A DNA stretch of 62,988 nucleotides, filler included, from Perkinsus chesapeaki ATCC PRA-425 (lineage: Eukaryota > Protista > Perkinsozoa), in the NCBI GenBank assembly GCA_013115145.1. It is 5 parts of 5 records of this genome, joined end to end, with 100 filler letters (N's around TTAATTAATTAA, not from the genome) between each part and the next. Parts side by side here need not be neighbours in the genome. Positions count along the whole stretch, not along the records: positions 20,054 to 36,482 come from JAAPAO010000707.1; 4 more parts are not named here. The stretch is one strand, 5' to 3'. A model generated the notes under the pieces. It saw nothing but the letters and a program-made list of their open reading frames with translations, had not been told where the DNA came from and searched no databases. This document shows, piece by piece, positions 24,768 through 35,100 of this stretch. Numbering within the stretch: position 1 is the stretch's first letter; every line of letters starts with the position of its first letter. A program made the position numbers and the translations under genes.

Positions 24768-27700
24768 TCAAGCAGCTTTTGTTGATGCCATCCGAGCGGC
24801 TTCGGTGAGAACAGCAACGAGTTCTTCGTTGCCGAGAATCTCCTGAACTGCTCGCGGGCTCCCTGGTAGTGTCACCACCACGCAGGCTGGCTGCTCTCGG
24901 AGGACGCCAGCGACAGGTCGAGATAAAAAGGTGAACATGCCGCTTTTGGATCGGTCTGAGAATAGCCACCACTCTAACTGATAGCAACACGAGTATACAC
25001 GTGCAGAGGGAAAAACATGGAAAATGGACGGCCAAAAGAATTAGAATTGTATAGGTATGAGCTCGTATTTAGCTTTTAGGTCATATACGAACAGCGAAAA
25101 GATAAGTGAGTACTTAATCATGTTATTGAATAGTAAATGCACTGAGGACAATTCCAAGATCATCAGGCAAACAAAAACAGGCCGCAAAGGTTTTTATGAC
25201 GACGGTTATGGTTCACCGAAGGACACTCATAACGGTGGAGTTACTTTCCTTAACCATCGAACAATAAGAATTGAACAGAAAATGTACTGAGATTGTTACC
25301 TCGACCACAACTAAGTAGCATATGCTCCAAACCAGTCGCCCTTTTAGCGATCATCGCTGAGACTGCCTCTGGCGTCACGTCACGCTCGGAGAAACCAGTC
25401 CCGCCAGTCGTAATAATTAGCTGGCAACCTATACGGCTTTGAAGGTCCGATATGGCAGTCTGGATGGCGCCTATGTTATCTGGGACCACCACAACCTGAA
25501 TGAGAGAATGAGTGAAGAGAAGCTGCCTTTATTCGGATTTTCTGATAACTGGCGGTGTTTTTCGCGGTGACGTTCGCCGGGTGAACAAGATTAAGAATAT
25601 ACTCGCCAAGGCTCAAAGAACTTTTCGAGTGGCTTTGAGGTACACATACAGCGAAGAACGGAACAGATGGTTGAGATGATCAGGCCGATGACTTATAGGG
25701 GAATGATGTTCCCAGAAGGGGTGAATTCAATATCTATTCTCTGACAGAATTTCGACCATACCCCCACATTAGGAACGCTCTCTGAGGCTTCCAGGAATAA
25801 CTTTCCTGGAGACTAGATGGCATCGAGTAGGTGACTCTCTGATTGAAATAAAAGCTAATTTGAGATTACATAACGGATAACCTTAACCAAGGCGTTTGCC
25901 AACAATGCTTACTGGGGCAGCGGGACTGCCACAGAGCTTCGCCACGAGAGCTCCGGCCTCGTCCTTGTAGACGCCTTGTGATGCTCTGTCACTACATGTT
26001 ACGATCCCGATACTCACACCACTCTGGCTGCGAGCGTGCTGGTCATGACGGTGGATTGAGGGACCTAGGGCGGCGAATAAACTGCCGATGACCATCGGTG
26101 ATCGCGGAAATTGAATGAGGGCGGCGTTGAGACTTGATAGGAAGAAAAGTGCCTTCTTGTAGGAAAAACACCTAAAGTCGTTCTCCGGAACTCGCCCTTA
26201 CTTGTGTATTCATGGGTTCAACACTTCACAATCAAATATAGCACACTTCGATGCATATGAAAGGCAACATGAAATAACTATATTGTGAAAGTTATAATTG
26301 TTATATTGTGAAAGTTATAATTGTTATATTGTGAAAGTTATAATTGTTATATTGTAAAAGTTATAATTGTTATATTGTAAAAGTTATAATTGTTATATTG
26401 TAAGAGTTATAATTGCTATATTGTAAAAGTTATAATTGCTATATTGTAAAAGTTATAATTGTTATATTGTGAGAGCCAATATGACTACCAAGGCGAATGT
26501 ATATCAAATAGTTCTCGAATTTAATGCTGGACACTGCATCCATTTGGACACGTGGGATAGTTTCTACTTCACGATCTACACTCTGTGGAGATACTAGGGG
26601 GAATAGTCCCCAATATCCACAGCCCAATCTGCGCAAGCCGAGAAGCAATAATAGATCCCCTACCTGTAGCGTGCCCGCATGCCGTCCTTGCTCTATTATC
26701 TCCGTTGTGGACCTGAGTGAATTTGGCCTTAGCCTCCTCGGTGGCTGGTGTCTGGTAGCGCCGCTTCCACTCGGCATAAGGCATACCTGGCGATGAGTGA
26801 TGGGAGAGACGGAAACGTCCCGCACCGAAGAAAGTAGATTTCGGAAAATTGCCAAACTACTTCTGACGAGGCATAGTACCAGGAGGATACATAGAATTGA
26901 TAGAACAAGGCATCAATGTGGCTATAAGGTCCAAGGCAAACGTCTGCTATTACTCTAGCACTGTGATGAGTATATTAATGATACAAAAATAAATGGTATA
27001 TAAATACAGTAAGCACTATAACTACAGTACTTGCTTGATAGAAACATAGCAAATATATATGATGATATGAAATTAAACCCTGTATATAAAATACTACAGT
27101 AATTAATATTACTGCTACGCGGTGACATATGCAGTAATACTGCAGCATATGTCGCGAAAGTAGCCGTATAATTATCAATAACGAATATAGTCAAATTTCA
27201 TCACCCAGAAAATATATGTCTACCTACCGTATATCCTTTCTCTGGCGTCCTCTAGCTCCACACTGGCTCCCTCAGCATACCATTTCGAGAGGCAATTCCG
27301 ACAGAATCCAGCCAAGTTCATCAAATCTATGTTCTGCACATCTGTCCTGTCCTGTAGCCACGCAACTAGCTTGCGAAACGCAAAGGCCTCCGCTTCGAGT
27401 TCAGACCTTGACGCAACCTCCGCTTCCTCACCAACAGAAGGCTCTATAGGGCCGGTTAAAATGCAGGGAACTCGCGTGCCCCGTGGAACTTTTCCAGCGC
27501 CGGCAGGCAGCTTCACAAGAGCGTTCACATCTACACAGCTGAACAGCCGACTACTGCGCTGGCAGCTACCCCCGCTGACACCTCTAGCCACGAGGCGGCC
27601 CTCTCCTGTAGCGGAAACGCTCGCCCGAACCAACTCTGGTCGGACAGAATCGGTCTGGTGAAACTCCTCGGCGAGCGTGACGGTAATGTCGCCTCGGGTC

Positions 27701-29074
27701 TGTCTGCCAGTGAGCGAAGCCTCTAGGAAGGGCGCCACAAATACATGGAATGTGACATAGGCGCTGGCAGGGTTACCGGGAAGAGCGAAGAACGGCGTGT
27801 CGCCCAGTGTCGCAAATGTAGTCGGCTTTCCGGGTTTCAGGCAGACCTCGCCAAAATGTAGCTTCCCCTCCTGGTCAAGTATCTTTTTGATGAAGTCCTT
27901 TGATCCCTTGCTCACCGCGCCGGTGCTGATGACAACATCACAACTGGCAGCCAACGCCAACAGAGATTCCCTCTCCTTGTCGAAGTCATCTTCAAGTGGC
28001 GGAGCTCGCTCGATCTCCACGGCGGCCCCAAAGCGCTCAGAGAGCAACCCTTCTAGCATTGGACCGTTCGTGTCCACAGTCTCGCCACTAAAAAGCTCAT
28101 CTCCGCTTGACACCACAGCGACCTTCAAAACCGGCATCAACTCCACTTCGTGTGCCACGTCCCTCAGTAAGGCTAGGAGCGTCGGAGTTATACTGGCGCC
28201 CCTAGAGGCGACTATAGTGCCTTGCTCCATGTCCGAACCGACTTGACGAATGTTGAGACCGGCACGGACGCCTTCGACGGGAACACGGACAAGGTCGCCG
28301 GAGATCTCGCAGTCTTCTATTTTAACAACAGCATAGTCCCCGCTGCCAAGCTGCGTACCGGTAGTTACATAGGACGCGTTGAGAAAGCCTTCGACGTGTG
28401 CGACACCATGACCGGCGGTGACCGAAGAGGCCACGTGGAGCTGACGGTAGGGTACGGCTCTGAAGGAAGGACTTTATGCGACTGTAAATACTCCACAGTG
28501 ACTCTGACCTACAATCTCTACAAGTGAGGAATAGCTTACTCGTGCCTACTACGTATAAGAATACAAGTGTCTAGGTTGGAAGATTCAAGGACCGCGAAAC
28601 CAATTCTTGGCTTGCAATTTTTGAGGCGAAATGTAAATAAAGCCTAGTACGGCGTAGGTCCAGCACGACTGCAGCAAATTGACCAAAGAACTGGGGTTCA
28701 TCGAATTTGCGGTGCAGCTCTCCACTCGCTTATTACTCGTCCAGGTGAACACTCTCATGTGAGTTCTCAACGGGTAAAACCGCGAAGCCATCCATAATAG
28801 AAGTAGGGCGTTGCGGAACCGACCGATCAGCCCTAACCTCAGCTGCCAAGATACGTCCAAGCGCACTAGGAATGTCCAGACTCTCGCAAGGAACGGAATT
28901 CACCCGAGTGCACAGTTCTTGGCGAAGTGGGTCGAGCTGTTGGTCGATGCGGTGCAGGCACTCCTCTATAGAGAGCATCGGATATTCCTCAGGTATTATA
29001 GAGGTTGAGGAAATGGGCGGCATGATTGGGGAAAGAGATGCAACAACTGAGATAGGAGCACTCGGACTTACCAT
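24768..29074 (-). CDS. Molybdenum cofactor biosynthesis fusion protein, MoeA/E-domain + DUF1244 + MogA/G-domain (Cnx1-like E-G order)
   Basis: E-domain motifs LGRILAAEV, TSIMDGFAV, SSGDEL, ISTGAVSKG, LKPGKPT, LPGNPAS. G-domain motifs IVTCSDRAS, VVPDN, ITTGGTGFSERDVTPEA, LSRPVAG, TLPGSPRAV. Exons 28440-27228, 26786-26664, 26064-25913, 25495-25300 and 24955-24768 join in frame at GT-AG. Start is ATG 29074 or 29023. Confidence 0.85.
26281..26472. repeat. 23-bp AT-rich minisatellite x8.3 (intronic)
   Basis: TATTGT(G/A)AAAGTTATAATTG(T/C)TA, eight full copies plus a partial. Confidence 0.95.
26715..27402 (-). other. DUF1244-like domain inside the Moco fusion, split by a 441-bp intron
   Basis: ELEAEAFAFRKLVAWLQDRTDVQNIDLMNLAGFCRNCLSKWY...ARERIYG/MPYAEWKRRYQTPAT matches my recollection of the DUF1244 consensus (VQNIDLMNLAGFCRNCL...YGMPY.EWK). 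Intron 27227-26787 is phase-1 compatible. Confidence 0.8.
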
Positions 29075-29672
29075 GACTGAAGTAGTGGCTGCGCCGCAAA
29101 ATACTCCTAGCAAAGAACATTTTTAGACATTATGACCATTTAGGATTTTCAAATGAAGTAAGAACACAAACATACCGAATCTCAAGTCATCGATAAAATA
29201 AGCCAACTCTCGTTTGTTTTCCTCCTCCATCACCCATCGTGTCTTTGTACCTTTTGTTAGCAATAGTAGGTGCTAGGTGCGATGAGCGATGGAAATCTAG
29301 AGGACTCACCCCAGCTCTCTTTGAGAGAACTTCGGGTACTTGAAAGCTAGAATGGTGAGTTAGACATCGGCTTATGAGGTATAATAGCACATCAGAGATA
29401 TACAGGGGTGAATGAGCATCAAGATCGTCTTTACCGATCTTGAGTTTGCTACAAGTTCAAACGACTCCCTACCAGACATTTCAGTCACTAAAACGCAAGA
29501 GGTGTGCTATAAATATTTGAGGTATTGATTAGCCAGTGAGCCGGTGGCTCCTGCAAAGGTACAAAACCATTATAATGATACAATCGAAACTCGCCAGCCT
29601 CAGCGACGAGCCTCACCGCGGAGGTTACCACTACCGGCGGCGAGAGGGGCAACAACGTGCATATTGAACAAA

Positions 29673-31511
29673 TCAAATAGTGTGATAGTAACAGTACAGA
29701 GGGAAGGATAGGAATAGCAGGCCGACCACCCAGGCCATCACGGAGCCCCAAATCTGAACTATCGTGTTGTATTTATAGGGGACGTCTTCGCTGCTCCGAA
29801 TGACTCTTCGGAGGCCCTCGTGCATGTGGAGGAGGCAGGCCAGCGAACCAATGGTGTAGAAGAGAACCCAAAACGGGCTGCTGAAAATGTCGAAGACTCT
29901 GCGATAGATATCTCGGAACAGCACCACCGCGCAGCGATCGTCGTCCGGGGAGCAGTAGAAGGGAGGCAGGAGTCTGGGGCGCAGCGGGAACGTCGCGAAC
30001 TCTGCCCCCGGGGCGAGACGAAACTGCCGCAAGTGGGCCAGAAGAAATACCAGTAGCACCAAGCCACTAGTTGCCATCGCTGTTTCTTTAACAGAAAGAT
30101 TTTCTTTCTTGAACTTGACGATTCTACTAGTGGCGACCACCACGTGCATGAGCCCCGCCATTAAGAGATAGATCTCTATCGGCCGCGCTAAAGTGCCGAT
30201 AAGCGGTATTGGTTGGTTCAGGAAGTAGGCGTAGCCGTTGAAGTGGTCCGGACCGAAGAACAGGTGGATGTTGCCCAGTGCGTGTATGGTAACGAATGCC
30301 ATCAAGAAGACTGCAGAGCGAGTCAGACCAGATCGGTCCGACAGGACTTTGTAGTTCTCCACGGTGAAAATAGAGCGCAGGGCTTCCTTCACGAAAATCT
30401 CGACGAGATAACAAAACGCCAGCAGATAACCTCCAGGAGCCGAGGCCACTTCAGGAGCAGGAGCCTTGGCGTCGTCGTCGGCTAGATCGCCCAGAACCAA
30501 ACTAGGGACGTATTTTTGTATAAAGTCCGGCGGGTGCACTAGGTTGTATTTATCTGATGCATCCTGGCCGGCTACACTCAGAATCGGAGATTTCCCGCCC
30601 GGATGGTCTGGCAGGAATGTCGTAACATCAATGACCTTGCCGTTCACAATGATCCAGCAATCGTCTTCAGAGCAATGCTTGGCTACCTCTGCTGCGGGTA
30701 TATGCCGCTGAGCCCCCACAGACCCTTCTGGCAGGAAGTCCACCACGGTGACCTCGCTACCGTCGGCGAGCTCGACCAGCATCCTCGAAACAGGAGGGCA
30801 ATCGATTGCTTCGTCGAGATGCATTCCACCATACTCCAGGATGGAAGCATCGGTGCCCTGCAGCAGCTGAGGCAGCGCCGATGTGATGTCATGGACCTCG
30901 CCGCCAAGGATAACCCAGTACTCCTGGCCTTCGACAGCCAGATCCGATTCTTCTGAGCCCACTGACTGCACCGAACATCCGTGATGGGTAGTGCTTGTCG
31001 CCGATCCTACCGCCTGCGGGCTCTCAGGCTCCTCCATGCATTGCTGGCTTGGCTCATGCATCGGAAGTGTCCCTCCCCGCGAAGAATCTGCAGCCCGTGG
31101 AGATTGAGGGACTTCAGAGCTCACCTCATCAACAGGAACTTCTTCGACCACCGGCCCCAAAACAGCCTCGGCGGATAAATAACGTTGAATCACGTCTGGC
31201 GAATGTATCATATTGAACATCTTCGAAGCGTCTCTCCCAGCGAAGTTAAGAATAGACTTTTCGCCTCCGGGATGGTCCGGAAGGAAGCCTGTTACATCCA
31301 GGACTTCACCGTTTATAATAACCCAGCAATCCTCCCGATTGTTATGCCTTGCCACCTCCGCCACCGTCAGTCGAGTGCACGCCGGCACATACGACGACCC
31401 GCCGATATCACCTTCACTTGATCCTCCTTTGGTTAGACCGCCGCCTGCCTTGTCTGGACCGCTGCTGGGGAGTTGAGGCGTTGTGGATATTTGTGAATCC
31501 AAGTTAGACAT
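29673..31511 (-). CDS. Intronless 612-aa fusion: cytochrome b5 x3 (middle one degenerate) + SdhC b558-type membrane cytochrome b domain
   Basis: Two b5 domains with W.II.G.V.DVT.FLPDHPGG...AG.DAS..(F/Y)N..H (~31380-31150, ~30705-30480) and one lacking HPGG. The C-terminal multi-TM domain has four His: TIHALGN, LMHVV, LAHLRQF, LLHMHEG. First ATG is at 31511. Confidence 0.85.
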   Translation of the reverse strand: MSNLDSQISTTPQLPSSGPDKAGGGLTKGGSSEGDIGGSSYVPACTRLTVAEVARHNNREDCWVIINGEVLDVTGFLPDHPGGEKSILNFAGRDASKMFNMIHSPDVIQRYLSAEAVLGPVVEEVPVDEVSSEVPQSPRAADSSRGGTLPMHEPSQQCMEEPESPQAVGSATSTTHHGCSVQSVGSEESDLAVEGQEYWVILGGEVHDITSALPQLLQGTDASILEYGGMHLDEAIDCPPVSRMLVELADGSEVTVVDFLPEGSVGAQRHIPAAEVAKHCSEDDCWIIVNGKVIDVTTFLPDHPGGKSPILSVAGQDASDKYNLVHPPDFIQKYVPSLVLGDLADDDAKAPAPEVASAPGGYLLAFCYLVEIFVKEALRSIFTVENYKVLSDRSGLTRSAVFLMAFVTIHALGNIHLFFGPDHFNGYAYFLNQPIPLIGTLARPIEIYLLMAGLMHVVVATSRIVKFKKENLSVKETAMATSGLVLLVFLLAHLRQFRLAPGAEFATFPLRPRLLPPFYCSPDDDRCAVVLFRDIYRRVFDIFSSPFWVLFYTIGSLACLLHMHEGLRRVIRSSEDVPYKYNTIVQIWGSVMAWVVGLLFLSFPLYCYYHTI

Positions 31512-31590
31512 TGAATTTAGCGCATAAGAAATATTGGAAAGCAACTGGAATGACGAGAGAGAAGCTCAGACAATTATACAATCGGAGCTG

Positions 31591-31691
31591 GCCTACAAAA
31601 GGAACCCCAGGACCATAAGATTTGCCCTTCAAAAGGAACTCCAGGAGCATAAGATTTGCCCTACAAAAATAACTCCAGGACCATAAGACTT
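31591..31691. repeat. ~34-bp tandem repeat x3 upstream of the b5-SdhC gene
   Basis: Unit GCCCT(A/T)CAAAA(GG/AT)AAC(T/C)CCAGGA(C/G)CATAAGA(T/C)TT repeated three times. Confidence 0.85.
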
Positions 31692-32077
31692 TCCTTTTGC
31701 AGTAGCTCCAGTCCGATTTCTTTATTTCGTGGCTGCACTGTTTTCTACATACGTATACTAGTCTCTCGTCTTCGACCTCTACAGTAATTTGCCTGACTTC
31801 TAATTCCCCGGAAAGATTTCTCGAGCGGGAAATGTCGTAGCTAGGCGCGGATTTTGATGATGAGACGGCCGAAAATGCCCTCCTCAGGGCTGCAACTGTC
31901 TGAAACACAAAGAGCAAATAATAGAAGAGACAAAGCTTGCTAAAATAAGACCGGACAAAAGAAGTTTACAAGTCGACATATAAAGGCAGACGACATGCGC
32001 TTTAATAAGTGCAATGTGGACATATGGACTGGATAATAATAATGTGTGACATAGAAATATTGTGATTCACAAGAGGC

Positions 32078-32857
32078 TTATTCATCCTTCAAGATGCTGC
32101 CGCCACTAGCCCATCGGAAGAGTGTTAGCAGAACTCCAAATAAAATCATCATAACTCCAACAGCGTGGAGATCGCAGACTGCTGCTGCTTCTGCTTCTGA
32201 CAATCTTCCTTCGTGGTCGATCGCGGGATGCGCAGCCCAGAACTGATTCAACCAGGAACCCACGCCCAAGCAACAAATCACAAAGCTGAATAATGTTACA
32301 CCACCAGAGTCCGCGGAAGAATCAGACCGCCTGCACAGATCCGCCAGGTTCAGCTTCCCGCCTCCCAAGCTGGGAATTCTGACCATATCGTCATCCTCAG
32401 AGGAAGAGCATGTGGTCGAAGTTCCACCAGTGTCCACGTCGGCGGTGGCCTGTACTGGGAGATCACCCGTATCGCAGAGACTCGTATCTAATTGGATGTC
32501 CCCCGAGAAAAGTGATTTGAGCCAATTCAGTTGTTGGCGCAGGAATCCATTATGTTGCTTGAGATGGGCAATAGTGTCATTCGCCTCCGCCAGCGATGCC
32601 TTCGTCAGGGCCAACTCCGTCTCCATTTGCTCCATAGCTGCACGCTTCCGATCCCTCGACCGCTGAGCAGCCTCTCGGTTCTGTCGCTGCTTCTTTAACT
32701 TCTTAGCAGTTTTGACTTCATCCTCACCCTCCATAGAACCTCTACTGCGTTTTTCAGGTGGAATCGGCATTGTATCCTGCCCCACGAGGGCGCCGGAGAG
32801 GCATGTCACCAACGCTGCGAGCCGGGCAGCGTCGACCGCTTGCTGGGAACTATACAT
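32078..32857 (-). CDS. bZIP transcription factor with two C-terminal hydrophobic segments
   Basis: Basic region KKLKKQRQNREAAQRSRDRK, heptad zipper (M..L..L..L..L), then VTLFSFVICCLGVGSWL and VGVMMILFGVLLTLF. Start is ATG 32857 or 32770. Confidence 0.8.
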   Translation of the reverse strand: MYSSQQAVDAARLAALVTCLSGALVGQDTMPIPPEKRSRGSMEGEDEVKTAKKLKKQRQNREAAQRSRDRKRAAMEQMETELALTKASLAEANDTIAHLKQHNGFLRQQLNWLKSLFSGDIQLDTSLCDTGDLPVQATADVDTGGTSTTCSSSEDDDMVRIPSLGGGKLNLADLCRRSDSSADSGGVTLFSFVICCLGVGSWLNQFWAAHPAIDHEGRLSEAEAAAVCDLHAVGVMMILFGVLLTLFRWASGGSILKDE

Positions 32858-32949
32858 GATGACAATAGAAATTCCTGACCAATGAAATGTCGCATAGAAT
32901 GAACTCAACGGATGGACTTCAAAGAACAGAGACGACTCACAACAGATTC

Positions 32950-35100
32950 TTAAACTGGAGGCAGATCTACAGGTCGAAGCGTGCTTCCCACATCAGGCAG
33001 GCAAGACTTCGCCATGCACTCGAAAAAGCGCTGCCGGCCTCCTCGATAGCCGACCATAGAGGAGCCTATCTCACCAACCTCCCCCGTCCACACTTCGTAC
33101 CCCACTTCGCCGTGAAACGTCTCCTCCTCCTCTTCCTCCCCCTCCGAGCAAGCGCTAGCATAGGAGCTGGGCGTCGAGGAACCACTCGAAGAATCATCTG
33201 CGTACCACTCGTCCGTATCACCACTCTCGGCCTCTTCGCTGTCAGATCCGCCATTGTTAATTTCGCATTCTGCCGTCTTCTCGCTTCCTTTCGCTCGCTC
33301 CACTCGAATAGCCGTTTTGCTGCCCTCCTTCGCCTTGGCCACCAAAAAGTCGATTCTTACAAAGCACGGCACCGTGCAGCCCATCGCCGTGGTAATCCAA
33401 AGCAGCCACTTCTCCACCATCTCCTTCATTCGCTCTTCAATGGCCAGACGGACATCATGGTTCCCGTCGAAATAGCGATACGTAGCATCCCGACTGCTGA
33501 AGGTCCGGAACTGCCTAAATCGCCCCGAACTAGTCTCCTCGTTGACGTACTCTGTGTAACGTATGTGCTCGATTTTACCGTCGTATATGAAGACCCTAGG
33601 CTCGGTAACTATGTCCTCAATTCTGTGCTGCACCATCAGTGTGGACTCGTTATTGGGCAACGATTCCCACAGCGCTCGAGTCTTCCTCTCCATGTCTCCA
33701 ATTCCGTAAAAGGCCTTCACTCCCTCGGCCATCCACGAGTAACCTATTTTCACCACACCCCTCTCCGAATAGACCGAAAGCGAGTCCGTCCCGCCCCACA
33801 ATGCGTTGGCCTGGAGTTGCAGCGCCCTGACAGCTCTGCGACACGTTCCCGAGGGGTCCTGCATGAAATCTGCCCGCTGAATGGTCGTAGTCGGGGGAAT
33901 CCTCAAGGCCGTATTCGTGGCCAAGGACGCCTGCCAGGACTTGCTGCTCAAAACCCGGTACAGTGAAACCGGATTCGGCCACCGAGTAGGGATTCCGACG
34001 CACTCCATTCGCTGCATCAAGTCAAACAGAACCGAATACTCCACGTAACCAGGCTTGTGATCACCATGCACTGCTCCCCACAAAAAATACATCGCCCCGA
34101 GGTTGCTGCAGCCCGATTTCGTCAGCGCAGTCCTGGCCCAGGCTTCTGAGATTCTTGGGAGGTCGGATGTGTGGCGGACGAACGCGCACCAGCATTCGTA
34201 GTCTGTGCCGTATCTGCAGAACAGTCCTCAATGTCATCTCCTCAGCGGCGTTGAGCTGGTGATTCCCTTTTTAACCCAAGAAGCGTCGTCGCACCCAACG
34301 TCCAACTGTGACGTATCGCTCATTCATATTTTAATTATTACGTGGCATAGATGCCATCTCTTATAAGGTCCGTTATGAGCTCGTCGGTGACGGCCATGTC
34401 AAATCTGGTATCGACGCGTCTAGCTCCGTCACCATACCGCACAATCAACAGGCTAAGGCTTGGGGGGCGTCTTCCCTGAGCGGAAGTCCTCAGTCGTTCG
34501 CTCTCCTAGCAACCAATCGCTACCTCAGCTGGCAGACGAATGCGCTCAGGCTTAACAGACTGACGCAAGTTGTAGAGCTTGCTGCCGTCCAGCATGGCGC
34601 CTCGACCGTCGGCCCACAACGAGTGACAGTATTCCACAACCGGCCATGTTTCTCGCATGTCAGCACGATACCTGAAAAGCTGCTTACCAGCTTCAAAGTA
34701 ACTGCCGAGACGCTACTTGCTTCTGTCAAAATCAGAAACCACAGTTGCGTCAACCCAGCCATCGGTCATGCCGAGCCTCGGGGACACTTGGCCCTCGACA
34801 CGACTGCCGACCATCATCCAGCCCATGTCGGGATCAAAGTCATTCTCCGGCACTTGGCAGATGAAAACTTGAACCTGATAAGGAGCATCGAATTCCCTCA
34901 ACGAGGCGCCTCACTTGCTGGCCTTGGCAGTAGGTTATCCTTCCGTTCGAGGGATGCTTCTCTTCCTTATGCACGGTCTTGTTATGCGCGGGCAGCTTGG
35001 GTGGAGCTTTACGGGGAGGGATAGTCTTCGAGGCTACAGGAGGGGCGGGCCGGTTGCGAGGAGGATGACTGGGGGCGCGGGAAGAATCGGAGGAATCCAT
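32950..35100 (-). CDS. Multi-exon ATP-grasp-like protein, function unknown
   Basis: Large terminal exon (~34213-32950) with GVVKIGYSW, LMVQHRI, EPRVFIYDGK, FVRIDFL, TGEVGEIG, resembling ATP-grasp ligase motifs. Upstream exons run from ATG 35100 (MDSSDSSRAP...; VQVFICQVPE...SPRLGMTDGW). Confidence 0.55.

Noticed and set aside
26281-26472. Possible CRISPR array
   Set aside because: Head-to-tail repeats with no spacers, inside a eukaryotic intron.
31512-31544. TTG start extension of the b5-SdhC ORF (also GTG/TTG starts at 36062, 32908, 6557)
   Set aside because: Bacterial start-codon rules were applied to a eukaryote; the first in-frame ATG was used instead where one fits.
32887-33966. 359-aa plus-strand ORF
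   Set aside because: Antisense shadow of the ATP-grasp-like exon; Arg-rich with no motifs.
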